Made by a program: the position numbers and the translations under genes | Shown: positions 10,289-19,964 of the stretch, one piece after another | Position numbering within the stretch: position 1 is the stretch's first letter | Layout of the letters: the number at the start of each line of letters is the position of its first letter | Assembly: GCA_040388415.1 (NCBI GenBank) | Contig: JAZKBV010000001.1 | Location: 74,369 to 138,368, forward strand | Reading direction: 5' to 3' | Source of the DNA: Patescibacteria group bacterium | Lineage (GTDB): Bacteria > Patescibacteriota > Minisyncoccia > Phycocordibacterales > PALSA-1337 | Length of the DNA: 64,000 nt | Notes under the pieces: generated by a model | The model's database searches: none | What the model saw: the letters and a program-made list of their open reading frames with translations, nothing else | What the model was told of the DNA's origin: nothing

Positions 10289-10990
10289 ATGAAATCAATC
10301 AAAAACATCGTTATCGGTATCATCGTCGTTATCATCCTTGTCGTCGTAGGCATGTTCCTTCGCTCAAATAAGGCCGCTGCCCCAGTAGACGTCATCGGTG
10401 ATGCATCAGCTCCAACGAGCGAAGCAAAGCCAGGCACTGCTGTCGCAGTCTCTGAAACAACAAAGGTATCATCTTCTCTTTCAGCATATCAAAATGCCGA
10501 GCTCGGTTTTTCAGTTAAATACCCTATCTCTTGGGAAAAAGAAGAGGCGAATGCAGGCGTGAATTTCATCATCCCTATCGACAAAAATCAGGTTTCAACG
10601 GTCGCTACTCTCCAGGCTAACATTCAAGCATTTTCAGGTACGTGCGCATTCCCACCAGTCACGACCATCAAGACTCGCGATACTGTCAAAGTCGGCGATC
10701 TTAAATTCAACATGATCTCAATGAGCAACACAGTACAGAGCCGTACGTATTTTAATCGCATGTACTCACTCCAGCAGGGCAATGTCTGTTATATGTTCTC
10801 ATTCGCTTCTATCACACTCTCACCATCATCAAAGGGTCTCACTGGATCAAACGCTATCCAAGCAGAGAACAATAACAAGGCTATCACTGCAACCGCAGAC
10901 GCTGACTTCACTGCTATGGTCAAATCATTCGCTGTCGTTACGACTCCAGCAGGACAGGATGAAGGAACTGTTGCTCCAGCTAAGAAATAA
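10289..10990 (+). CDS. Membrane-anchored PsbP-like protein, paralogous to the upstream gene
   Basis: YQNAELGFSVKYP motif shared with 9516..10235; Cys pair; MVKSF near the end. Confidence 0.6.
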   Translation: MKSIKNIVIGIIVVIILVVVGMFLRSNKAAAPVDVIGDASAPTSEAKPGTAVAVSETTKVSSSLSAYQNAELGFSVKYPISWEKEEANAGVNFIIPIDKNQVSTVATLQANIQAFSGTCAFPPVTTIKTRDTVKVGDLKFNMISMSNTVQSRTYFNRMYSLQQGNVCYMFSFASITLSPSSKGLTGSNAIQAENNNKAITATADADFTAMVKSFAVVTTPAGQDEGTVAPAKK

Positions 10991-10991
10991 C

Positions 10992-11555
10992 ATGACCACA
11001 AGTAAAAAAATTATTCTCAGTATCCTCGCACTCGTACTCCTTGTCATTCTCTATGGTTGGACAACATACAACAGCCTCGTAGTGATGAAAGAAGCGACGA
11101 CTATGCAATGGCAACAGGTTGAGACTCAATATCAGCGTCGTGTGGATCTCATTCCAAATCTCGTCGCTGCCGCGCAGGGCGTCATGAAGCAAGAGACAGC
11201 AGTCTTTACGGCTCTTGCTGATGCACGCGCTCACTATGCTGGTGCAACGACGCAAAACGACAAAGTCGCTGCGGCAAATCAAGTCGAGTCAGCATTTGGA
11301 CGTTTGCTCGCCGTCGTTGAAAATTATCCTACGCTCAAATCATCTGAAGCGGTCCAGAGCCTCATGGTAGAGAATGCAGGCACCGAAAACCGCATCGCAG
11401 TCGAACGTCAGCGTTACAACACTGATGTTCAAGCATATGAGGTTGCTATCAAGCGTTTCCCTCGCTCAGTTATCGCTTCAATGTTTGGTTTCAGTGACAT
11501 AACATACTTCCAGTCTGATGCGGGCGCAGACAAGGCTCCACAGGTGAAATTCTAA
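10992..11555 (+). CDS. lemA: LemA family protein
   Basis: YNSLV, QYQRRVDLIPNLV, ENYPTLKS, ENRIAVERQRYN; start at ATG 10992. Confidence 0.93.
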   Translation: MTTSKKIILSILALVLLVILYGWTTYNSLVVMKEATTMQWQQVETQYQRRVDLIPNLVAAAQGVMKQETAVFTALADARAHYAGATTQNDKVAAANQVESAFGRLLAVVENYPTLKSSEAVQSLMVENAGTENRIAVERQRYNTDVQAYEVAIKRFPRSVIASMFGFSDITYFQSDAGADKAPQVKF

Positions 11556-11566
11556 GCAATACAATT

Positions 11567-12487
11567 GTGCGTACATATATACTCACAATTATAGCGGCAT
11601 TAACACTCCCTGCGAGTGTTTTTGCTTATACAAGTCCAGGTAAGCCGGTCGGGTTGGTGAATGATTTTGCTAAAGTGCTTTCAAATGAGGATAGTATCAC
11701 TCTTGGAACGAAGCTTCTCGAACTTAATAAAACAACAGGCATAGAGCTAGTGGTGGTGACGGTGCCCAGCCTCGGTGATGAGACGAATGAGACATACGCC
11801 GTAAAACTCTTTGAAGAGTGGGGCATTGGTGCAAGCAAGACGGCTTCTCAAAAGACTGGCGCGCTTCGCGATGGCGGTATCCTTATTCTCGTCGCGCCAA
11901 ATGACAAAGAAGCGCGCATAGAAGTCGGTTATGGTCTCGAAGGTACGATCACTGACACGCAAGCAAATGCCGTTGTTCAGAAAGTGATGATTCCAGCATT
12001 TAAAACAGGGAATTATTCCCAAGGCATCGATGATGCTGTTGATGCACTTTCGGGACTGATCGCGGGCGATCCATCAACGACAGCGAACTATTCTCAATCT
12101 GGAGCACAGTCAAACTCCTCATCAGAAAAGAGCAGTCCTTTCGCTTATTTCTTTTTCGTCGTGATTGCATTCAATATTTTAGTGAAAGTTCTTGGTAAGA
12201 CGAAATCATGGTGGCTTGGTGGCGTTCTTGGGGCTACTGCTGGCGCAGTTATTGGTTTTATTTGGGGATTCTTTTATCTCGGTATTGGTGCGGTAGTGAT
12301 TCTGACTATCCTCGGGCTTATCTTTGACTTCATTGTTTCAAAGCATCCGCCACGTGATGGTGGTGGCGGAGGATTTTGGCCGATATTTTTTGGTGGCGGA
12401 GGCAGTGGAAGCGGTTTCGGAGGAGGAGGCTTCGGTGGTTTTGGTGGTGGTGGGTCAGGAGGTGGTGGGGCAAGCGGTAGGTGGTAA
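11567..12487 (+). CDS. TPM domain (YgcG-like) protein
   Basis: VNDFAKVLS, WGIG, RIEVGYGLEG, Gly-rich tail ending GASGRW; typical LemA partner. Confidence 0.92.
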   Translation: MRTYILTIIAALTLPASVFAYTSPGKPVGLVNDFAKVLSNEDSITLGTKLLELNKTTGIELVVVTVPSLGDETNETYAVKLFEEWGIGASKTASQKTGALRDGGILILVAPNDKEARIEVGYGLEGTITDTQANAVVQKVMIPAFKTGNYSQGIDDAVDALSGLIAGDPSTTANYSQSGAQSNSSSEKSSPFAYFFFVVIAFNILVKVLGKTKSWWLGGVLGATAGAVIGFIWGFFYLGIGAVVILTILGLIFDFIVSKHPPRDGGGGGFWPIFFGGGGSGSGFGGGGFGGFGGGGSGGGGASGRW

Positions 12488-12494
12488 TAAAAAT

Positions 12495-12581
12495 GGAGGA
12501 TTCGCATAGTGGTCTAGTGCACCACCTTGGAAAGGTGGCATACCTTAACGGGTATCGAGAGTTCGAATCTCTCATCCTCCG
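12495..12581 (+). tRNA. tRNA-Ser(GGA)
   Basis: GGAGGAT/ATCCTCC acceptor, CCACC-TTGGAAA-GGTGG anticodon arm, long variable arm, GTTCGAATC; CCA not encoded. Confidence 0.95.
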
Positions 12582-12608
12582 CACAATAGTTTTTAGTATA
12601 CTCCCAAT

Positions 12609-12640
12609 AAAAAATCGCCAAACATTGCTGCTGGGCGATT
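12609..12640 (-). terminator. Terminator of the metalloprotease orphan gene
   Basis: AATCGCC..GGCGATT stem with A-tract on the + strand. Confidence 0.6.
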
Positions 12641-12650
12641 CGCGAAGTTG

Positions 12651-13670
12651 CTATTGTTTCTTCAACCGGAAGAACGAATTGCTGTTGGTTGTCGAAACAG
12701 TCACATAGTAGGTGCCATTCGTAACTGCCGGCACATTAGTGACACTCGACCAGTTCTTGAGGTCGGGACTGAGCTCGACGCGGTATTGCCACATGGACGG
12801 TTGGGTCCACGAGAGCTCGGCGTTGTTGAACGTCGTTTTCTTGTTCGCCTTGGTTACTGTGGTTTTAAACAACCTATCGACCTTGAGGGTGATAGGAATG
12901 TCCAAGTTTATCCCGGGGAGTCCGAGACTTACATTGGTGTATCCACATAACTGCGCCATGGCGATGGTGTCGAGGTCGCTCGGAAATACTCGCTCGCCAG
13001 GACTAAATGATCCTGACATGAGCGTTCTGTCCGAGACGTAGGCAATGTGGGGTGTTACACCTGAATTGTTGAACTGAAGTGGAATGTGTGCCCCGGCATA
13101 GGGTCTCGGTGCTGTAATGTCGATGTAACCATCGGCACTTTCGGCAATGAAACTGTAGTTCGGAGCAGCTAAACCACGGAAGTGCCCAACCTCATGCATA
13201 GCTGTTGTAAGAAGGTCAATATGTGTATCATCTGACGGTCCTCTGAAACAACGTGTTGCATTGATTGTGCCTCCACCGAGATTTGTTACAACCTCCTCGG
13301 TGTAGTTTGTATATTCTTCATTTAACTCAGGTGTTTCATCAAGAAACCAGGACAGATGCTTCGGATCGTTGTCGTTGTTGAAATAGAGTATTCCAACAGT
13401 CTCACGATTCGGAGTTCCACCTTGAACGAGTAGCGTGTGCTGTCCTCCGCCGATGTTTGTCCAGCCATAATATAAAGTGCCAGGCTGGAAATCGCGGACA
13501 GAATTTGTGTGGACCTTTACAGCGTAGGGGACAATGTTTGTGAGGCTACCTTTTCCAACTGAGTTCGTCGGAGGCGTACCCCCGATGTAGATCAGGTTGA
13601 TCTGTGCCTCTGCACGCTCGGTCAACATAATGAAGACGAGCGCGACCAGAATGCGAGTAATCGTTTTCAT
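12651..13670 (-). CDS. Secreted metzincin-like metalloprotease with Verrucomicrobia-like C-terminal tail
   Basis: Signal peptide, DLLTTAMHEVGHFRGL zinc motif, TLMS Met-turn, tail YRVELSPDLKNWS..SFFRLK. Confidence 0.7.
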   Translation of the reverse strand: MKTITRILVALVFIMLTERAEAQINLIYIGGTPPTNSVGKGSLTNIVPYAVKVHTNSVRDFQPGTLYYGWTNIGGGQHTLLVQGGTPNRETVGILYFNNDNDPKHLSWFLDETPELNEEYTNYTEEVVTNLGGGTINATRCFRGPSDDTHIDLLTTAMHEVGHFRGLAAPNYSFIAESADGYIDITAPRPYAGAHIPLQFNNSGVTPHIAYVSDRTLMSGSFSPGERVFPSDLDTIAMAQLCGYTNVSLGLPGINLDIPITLKVDRLFKTTVTKANKKTTFNNAELSWTQPSMWQYRVELSPDLKNWSSVTNVPAVTNGTYYVTVSTTNSNSFFRLKKQ

Positions 13671-13722
13671 AATTTTGTTTTCAAATAGCGATTGTTTTGG
13701 TGTTATGAGCGGAATGCCCCTA

Positions 13723-13768
13723 ACTACCACCTGATACTATTATACCACCTAAATATGGTATATGTCAA
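13723..13768 (-). promoter_or_regulatory. Sigma70-like promoter with internal ATACCA..TGGTAT palindrome
   Basis: TTGACA-18-TATAAT on the minus strand; near-identical layout at 63082..63124. Confidence 0.7.
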
Positions 13769-13822
13769 TATAAGGTGAATTGTCCCCAAATACGGCTCTA
13801 TCTCTATGATATACTTGAGGAT

Positions 13823-16582
13823 ATGAAGCCTCTTTCTTTTGAAGGTCGAGAACCAGTATCAACTCCTCATGAAGAGCTTGCTCGCGTCCGTGGTGCCGTA
13901 GCAGAGCGTCATCTCGATGCTGAGCAAAACAATGAGTCGCTCGCTGAACATGAAGCGGCTATGGATGTTATCAATCAGTACGCCTCTATAGCGCCTAATG
14001 AAGTTCTGCACCCTGAATACGCCCTCAAAGATCATGAGTCGACTGAGATTGTCCTCAAGCTTTCGCCGGAGACGCATGACAAGCAGATGGAAAACCTCCT
14101 CGGCATCCTCGAAGAGCATGGCATACGCAATGCGCTCTCAGTCGTAGAAAAAATGAATAACCCTCACATCTACGACGACTTCCACCGTCTCTTGGTGCAG
14201 TTCATCGCCGGCGGACATTCGGTCCAAGGGTTGAAAGAAAGTGATCCGATCTGGAAGCCACTCCATATGTGCCTCTTTGAAGTGTCTCTCCCTGAAGCGA
14301 CCGAAGATGAAAAGAAAAAACAATTGAGCGAGCTTGTCTCAGGCATGGAGCAGTTCTATTCGGGTATGCTTTCTATCTCCAATGACCCGCGAAGCCAAGA
14401 ATACTTCACAATAGAGATCGCCAACTCAAATGGTAGCAATGAGTTTATCTTTTATGTTTCTGTACCCGATACCCGCAAGAGCCTTTTTGAAAAGCAGATC
14501 CTCTCGATGTTCCCAGGTGCGCACATCCATGAGCATACTGATGATTACAATGTATTTGATGCCACAGGTGCATCAGTTGCCTCATATGCGAACCTTGCCA
14601 AGCATACGCTGTATCCGCTCAAGATGTATGAGGAGTTTGATACTGATCCGCTGAGCTCGATACTCAATTCATTTTCAAAGATAGATAAAGATGGTGAAGG
14701 TGCGGCAGTCCAGCTCATCATCGGCAAGAGAGAAGATGGCTATGCCAAGGAATGTGGTAAGGCACTCGAAAAAATTCGCAAAGGAAAGAAGGTAGGTGAC
14801 GTTCTCGACGAGATCGACCAATCAGTCGGAGGCATGATCTTCAAAGATGCGCTCGGTATGTTCAAAGGTCAGGAGAAGATCGATAAAGAAAAAGAGGGTG
14901 AAGCAAAGCGCGCTCAAGCCCTCGATCAGGCGGTCATTGAACAATTCACAAAAAAGATGAATAGTCCGTTCATTGCGGTGAACTTGCGTATTGTCGCTTC
15001 AGCAGCTACACAAGTTGAGGCAGAAAATATCCTCGCTGATCTGCAGTCGAGCTTCAACCAGTTCGAACATGGCCAGGGCAATCGCATAAAGTGGACACGA
15101 GTGGCAAGTAATAAACTCGCAGAAACACTCAAAGAGTTTTCTCTGCGCACATTCAACTATAAAGAAAAGATGATTTTAAGTTTGGAGGAGATCACCACCT
15201 GCATCCATTTTCCTGCAACGAACGTGCACCATGCTGCGCCACAGCTCAAACAGTCAGAAGCAGGCACGGCACCCGCTCCGCTCGATCTACCACAAAAGGG
15301 TACGCTTATCGGCACCAATACGCACCGCGGTCAGGAAACGCCGATCTATATTTCACCGGAGGATCGCATGCGACACTTCTATGTCATCGGTCAGACGGGT
15401 ACCGGTAAGACGACCTTGCTCAAGAATATGATCATTCAAGATATCGAAGCGGGCAAAGGTGTCTGTTTCGTCGATCCGCACGGCTCAGATGTGAATGATA
15501 TCCTCGCTGCTATACCGAAGCATCGCTATGAAGATGTGATCTATTTTGACCCTGCATCGACTGACCGTCCGATGGCTCTCAACATGCTCGAGTATGATCC
15601 ACGTTTTCCAGAGCAAAAGACCTTCGTCGTCAATGAGATGTTCAGCATATTCCAAAAGCTCTACGGCAAAGTGCCTGAGTCGATGGGTCCAATGTTCGAA
15701 CAGTATTTCCGTAACGCCACGAACCTCGTCATCGAAGATCCTGAGTCAGGCTCAACGCTTCTCGATGTATCGCGCGTCATGTCCAACAAGGCCTTTCGTG
15801 AATTGAAAATATCAAAGTGTAAAAATCCCGTCGTCGTCCAGTTCTGGAAAGAGATCGCGGAGAAAGCCGGCGGTGAAGCGTCGCTGGCGAATGTGGTGCC
15901 GTATATCACCTCGAAGTTCGATGTATTCTTGGCGAACGATATCATGCGTCCGATCGTGGCGCAGGAACATTCGTCATTTAATTTCCGCGAGATCATGGAT
16001 GGTAAAAAGATATTATTGGTCAATCTCTCGAAGGGAAGGCTGGGCGATATCAACTCGCATCTCATCGGCCTCATCCTCGTTGGCAAGATCCTCATGGCAG
16101 CACTCTCGCGCGTTGATTCATTCGGCAAACCGATGAACGACTTCTTCCTGTATCTCGATGAGTTCCAAAATATCACTACTGACTCGATTGCGGTCATCCT
16201 CTCCGAGGCGCGCAAGTATCGTCTGTCGCTCACCATGGCGCATCAGTTCATCGCTCAGCTAGATGAAAAGATCAAAGATGCCGTCTTTGGCAACGTTGGA
16301 TCTATGGCAGTGTATCGCGTGGGCACTGAGGACGCAGAATTCTTTGAAAAACAGTTCACACCGACATTCAGCGTCAAAGATATCATCAGCCTCGATAACT
16401 TCAATTCATATGTGAAGTTGTTGACCAATGGTCGTCCTGCAAAGCCGTTCAGCATGCGCCACGTCGCGCCGAAGGCAGGCAATCTCGATCAAGTGCCAAA
16501 GCTCAAGGAGCTCTCAGCGCTCATGTATGGCAAGCTTCGGGCTGAGGTTGAGACAGAGGTTATGAAGAAGTATCAGAAATAA
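13823..16582 (+). CDS. VirD4/TraD/HerA-like coupling-protein ATPase (CPR type)
   Basis: EDRMRHFYVIGQTGTGKT (Walker A), VDPHG, LYLDEFQN (Walker B), LSEARKYRL..AHQ. Confidence 0.88.
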   Translation: MKPLSFEGREPVSTPHEELARVRGAVAERHLDAEQNNESLAEHEAAMDVINQYASIAPNEVLHPEYALKDHESTEIVLKLSPETHDKQMENLLGILEEHGIRNALSVVEKMNNPHIYDDFHRLLVQFIAGGHSVQGLKESDPIWKPLHMCLFEVSLPEATEDEKKKQLSELVSGMEQFYSGMLSISNDPRSQEYFTIEIANSNGSNEFIFYVSVPDTRKSLFEKQILSMFPGAHIHEHTDDYNVFDATGASVASYANLAKHTLYPLKMYEEFDTDPLSSILNSFSKIDKDGEGAAVQLIIGKREDGYAKECGKALEKIRKGKKVGDVLDEIDQSVGGMIFKDALGMFKGQEKIDKEKEGEAKRAQALDQAVIEQFTKKMNSPFIAVNLRIVASAATQVEAENILADLQSSFNQFEHGQGNRIKWTRVASNKLAETLKEFSLRTFNYKEKMILSLEEITTCIHFPATNVHHAAPQLKQSEAGTAPAPLDLPQKGTLIGTNTHRGQETPIYISPEDRMRHFYVIGQTGTGKTTLLKNMIIQDIEAGKGVCFVDPHGSDVNDILAAIPKHRYEDVIYFDPASTDRPMALNMLEYDPRFPEQKTFVVNEMFSIFQKLYGKVPESMGPMFEQYFRNATNLVIEDPESGSTLLDVSRVMSNKAFRELKISKCKNPVVVQFWKEIAEKAGGEASLANVVPYITSKFDVFLANDIMRPIVAQEHSSFNFREIMDGKKILLVNLSKGRLGDINSHLIGLILVGKILMAALSRVDSFGKPMNDFFLYLDEFQNITTDSIAVILSEARKYRLSLTMAHQFIAQLDEKIKDAVFGNVGSMAVYRVGTEDAEFFEKQFTPTFSVKDIISLDNFNSYVKLLTNGRPAKPFSMRHVAPKAGNLDQVPKLKELSALMYGKLRAEVETEVMKKYQK

Positions 16583-16592
16583 TTTTAAATAT

Positions 16593-16988
16593 ATGGAAGG
16601 ATTAAAACAAAGTCAAAAATCATTTGGAGAATATGCAGCTCAAGCTGAGACTTTGTATCGTGATAAGCTGGAACTTGTAGCGGATAAGCTAGAAAAACTT
16701 GACCACGAAGGTTTAGCTGATGATGTAGTGTTAAGTGTTGAACTTGATAATACCAGTTTCAAACCAGATATATCTGATCTAAGTAATGATACGTATAAAG
16801 AAACAATGTCAGTTCGTGTACTCAAAGACCATTTAAAGAACGCGTACGGAGATTTTTCACCTGAAAAATGGTTGGAGAGTAAGCAAGATAGTAAGTTCGA
16901 TGACCCAAAAGACTTACTTGAGTTTTATAAGTCTGACCTCGATATTGAGAGCTTTGTCATACCTCACTTGTGGACGAAAGTTGAGTAG
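16593..16988 (+). CDS. Hypothetical acidic protein
   Basis: AT-rich ORF filling the intergenic space. Confidence 0.55.
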   Translation: MEGLKQSQKSFGEYAAQAETLYRDKLELVADKLEKLDHEGLADDVVLSVELDNTSFKPDISDLSNDTYKETMSVRVLKDHLKNAYGDFSPEKWLESKQDSKFDDPKDLLEFYKSDLDIESFVIPHLWTKVE

Positions 16989-17030
16989 TATCATTTTGGA
17001 GCACGTAGTGGAAGTGATATAATAAGCCAC

Positions 17031-18002
17031 ATGACTAAAACTATATTTGTCACCCGCCAAATCCCAGAAGTAGGTATTTCTATGCTTCGCAACAAAGGCT
17101 ATATCGTAGATGTGCGCGAAAAATCTTCTATTCCTAGCCAGAAAGAGATCATTAAGGCGCTCAAAAAGAAACAGTACGATGCCATCGTTACTTTGTTGAC
17201 CGACAAGATCGACGCTGCGATTTTTGAAGCGGTGCCAACGGTGAAGATATATGCCAACTATGCGACTGGGTTTGATAATGTAGATACGATTGAAGCAGCA
17301 AAAAAGGGGATCGTGATCACTAATGCGCCAGCAGTCTCTACGTCTGAAGCTGTCGCTGAACATACTTTCGCTCTCATGCTTTCATTGGCAGCACGCATAG
17401 TAGAAGCAGATGAGTTCGTCCGTCGAGGAAAATACGCTGGTTGGGATCCGATGAATTTTATCGGCACTGATATTCTCGGCAAGACGCTTGGTCTCATCGG
17501 TGCCGGTCGTATCGGTGGGCAAGTCGCGCATTATGCAAAAGCATTTGGTTTGAAGATCCTATACACCGACGTGAAGAGAAATGAAATGATAGAAAAAGAA
17601 AGTGGTGCGATTTATTTCGCCACTCCAGAAGAAGTGCTCAAGCAGGCAGACATCGTCAGCTTGCATGTGCCTCTCATGGACTCGACCAAGCACCTCATCA
17701 ATACAGAGCGTTTGTCGATGATGAAGAAGAGCGCTTTCTTAGTGAACACATCACGCGGTCCTATTGTCGATGAAGAGGCTCTTGTTGAAGCGTTACAGAA
17801 TAGAACAATCGCTGGTGCAGGTTTGGATGTATTTGAATTTGAACCAAAGCTGATGAAAGGCTTAACGAAATTGGACAACGTCATTCTTACTCCACACATT
17901 GCTTCAGCGAGTGATACTGCACGCAATGAAATGTCGCAACTCGTCGCACAGAATATCATCGATTTCTTTGAAGGCAAAGTGCCGGCAAATAAAGTGAATT
18001 AG
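17031..18002 (+). CDS. D-2-hydroxyacid dehydrogenase (glyoxylate/hydroxypyruvate reductase type)
   Basis: GLIGAGRIG, VNTSRGPIVDE, GLDVFEFEP, LTPHIAS. Confidence 0.92.
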   Translation: MTKTIFVTRQIPEVGISMLRNKGYIVDVREKSSIPSQKEIIKALKKKQYDAIVTLLTDKIDAAIFEAVPTVKIYANYATGFDNVDTIEAAKKGIVITNAPAVSTSEAVAEHTFALMLSLAARIVEADEFVRRGKYAGWDPMNFIGTDILGKTLGLIGAGRIGGQVAHYAKAFGLKILYTDVKRNEMIEKESGAIYFATPEEVLKQADIVSLHVPLMDSTKHLINTERLSMMKKSAFLVNTSRGPIVDEEALVEALQNRTIAGAGLDVFEFEPKLMKGLTKLDNVILTPHIASASDTARNEMSQLVAQNIIDFFEGKVPANKVN

Positions 18003-18012
18003 TAGAACGAAA

Positions 18013-18867
18013 ATGACCAATAACCAAGATACAATGACCAATGAAAGTATAAAAGTTCGTTCGCGGGCGCAGATTGTTGCGACACTCGGTCCGGTGACGA
18101 ACTCATATGAACAGATCAAAGCTCTTGCTCAAGCAGGTGCAGACGTCTTCCGTCTTAACTTTTCCTGGGGTGATTTTGACGAGCACAGGGAACAGATCAA
18201 GAACATCCGCAAAGCAGAGGCAGAGCTCGGCATACCACTTGTTATTCTCGAGGACGTGCCTGGCCCACGAATCCAAAAAATGACTGGACATGGCTACAAT
18301 CATGAATCTATCAAGGCGCTCACTGATCATGACCGCGAATGTATTATGCTTGGTATTGCTGAAGGCGTGGACTACATAGCGCTTTCTTTCGTCGGCACAG
18401 TCGAAGATATAGAAGAATGCCGTCAATTCATCAAAGAAAAGGGGGGCAAACAACGCGTCATAGCTAAGATTGAACGCGCTATCGCGGTGCAAAATCTCGT
18501 GCCTATCGTCATGAGCGCAGATGCTCTCATGGTAGCGCGCGGAGACCTCGGCGAAGAGGTTCCTTTGGAGCAGATCCCTTTCGTGCAAGCAGATATCATC
18601 AGTCGCGCCAACAACGCAGGGAAGCCGGTCATCACTGCCACGCAGATGATGCTTTCAATGGTCGATCATGCAACGCCGACACGTGCTGAAGTTACAGATG
18701 TCGAAGCAGCAATCATGCAAGGTTCAGATGCAGTAATGCTCTCAGAAGAAACAGCAAAGGGGACGCATGCGCTCGAAGCAGTGACTATGATGGAAAAGAT
18801 TCTTGTTGAAGCAGAGAAGCATGTGCCAAAAGATCGTTCGTTCAATCTTTTTAAGAGACTCGCGTAA
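18013..18867 (+). CDS. pyk: Pyruvate kinase, barrel-only minimal form
   Basis: IVATLGP, RLNFSWG, IAKIE, MVARGDLG, ATQMMLSM, PTRAEVTDV, MLSEETA. Confidence 0.9.
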   Translation: MTNNQDTMTNESIKVRSRAQIVATLGPVTNSYEQIKALAQAGADVFRLNFSWGDFDEHREQIKNIRKAEAELGIPLVILEDVPGPRIQKMTGHGYNHESIKALTDHDRECIMLGIAEGVDYIALSFVGTVEDIEECRQFIKEKGGKQRVIAKIERAIAVQNLVPIVMSADALMVARGDLGEEVPLEQIPFVQADIISRANNAGKPVITATQMMLSMVDHATPTRAEVTDVEAAIMQGSDAVMLSEETAKGTHALEAVTMMEKILVEAEKHVPKDRSFNLFKRLA

Positions 18868-18876
18868 ATCACACAC

Positions 18877-19524
18877 ATGAGCAAAGGACTCATAAATACT
18901 ATTTTGATAATCGTCGGCCTCGCCGTTCTTTATTTTATTGCGCAAGGATTATTCGCTGAGCATAAAATACCCTCCTTTGGCGATATCGTTGCAAGCTCGA
19001 CGTTGAGCGTCGCAAGTTCAAGCGAAGCTCAAGAAAATAGCTCAGCTCAAATGAATTCTACAACGACTCCACGTACGTCTCCATTTCAGAAATTGTTCGA
19101 ATCAATCGCATCTTCGACTTCTGCAGCGAAGAAATCATACAGTGATATTACGTTTTTACCTTCAACCTCGATTATAACTTCAAAGGGAAGTGTCAAAGCA
19201 TTTGTGGCCAATACTGAGGCGAGCCGTGAACAAGGGTTGAGTGGACAAGATTCATTGCCGAATGGTGTCGGCATGCTCTTTGTTTTCAATAGTTCAGGCA
19301 AATATGGTTTTTGGATGAAAGATATGAGCTTTTCACTCGATCTCATTTGGATTGATGCAAATAAAAAGATTGTAGGTGTCACAAAAAACGTTTTGCCGAG
19401 CTCATATCCATTTGTTTTTATGCCACCAAAGGATATTTTATATGTTCTTGAAATGAATGCTGGTTCAGTGACGGAGTTTGGACTCACCACAGGAACTTCG
19501 CTGAAGTTTTCAGTGTCTAAATAA
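18877..19524 (+). CDS. DUF192 family protein
   Basis: REQGLSG, GMLFVF, FWMKDM, YVLEMNAG. Confidence 0.9.
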   Translation: MSKGLINTILIIVGLAVLYFIAQGLFAEHKIPSFGDIVASSTLSVASSSEAQENSSAQMNSTTTPRTSPFQKLFESIASSTSAAKKSYSDITFLPSTSIITSKGSVKAFVANTEASREQGLSGQDSLPNGVGMLFVFNSSGKYGFWMKDMSFSLDLIWIDANKKIVGVTKNVLPSSYPFVFMPPKDILYVLEMNAGSVTEFGLTTGTSLKFSVSK

Positions 19525-19578
19525 TATTTTTATTAGGCTCTGTTACCGTTCGGTTTTTTGACTCGAAAATGGAGCACC

Positions 19579-19587
19579 TGTGGATAA
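19579..19587 (-). promoter_or_regulatory. DnaA box upstream of nrdJ
   Basis: TGTGGATAA, the reverse complement of consensus TTATCCACA. Confidence 0.55.
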
Positions 19588-19964
19588 CTTTTTGAATGGG
19601 CAGGGGAGAAAGACCCCTTTTTTGACCTAAAATTTAAAAAATGTGCACAAAATAAAACCACACTTTCTGCTAGTCTGAATTTTCTCTAAAATCTATCTCC
19701 ATAAAACATTGGAAATGCTTTTCATTACAGCAAACTATCTTCACAGATGACATTTTCGTGGTCGAAATTGCCCTGCTCATTCTTCCCTCCTATTTTGAAA
19801 TAAAAAATTTCCCACTGCACGAAAAAATCCTCGCAAAACTCTTTCACTCCATACTGCCCTGCGGTATAATAAGTAACAAAGGAACGAAGTTCGAGTACAA
19901 TTTAAGTAATTATTAAAAATAACGCATCAACGTGTGCGGTTTGTAGTCCGCCACGTCTATAATT

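Noticed and set aside
12359-12484. GGT/GGA tandem repeat (also at 1807-1833)
   Set aside because: Explained by poly-Gly coding; this tail is normal for TPM proteins.
12495-16988. Integrative conjugative element at tRNA-Ser
   Set aside because: No integrase, relaxase or duplicated tRNA 3' end was found.
19525-19964. Replication origin or cobalamin riboswitch
   Set aside because: Only one clear DnaA box, no dnaA/dnaN nearby, and no recognisable B12-box.
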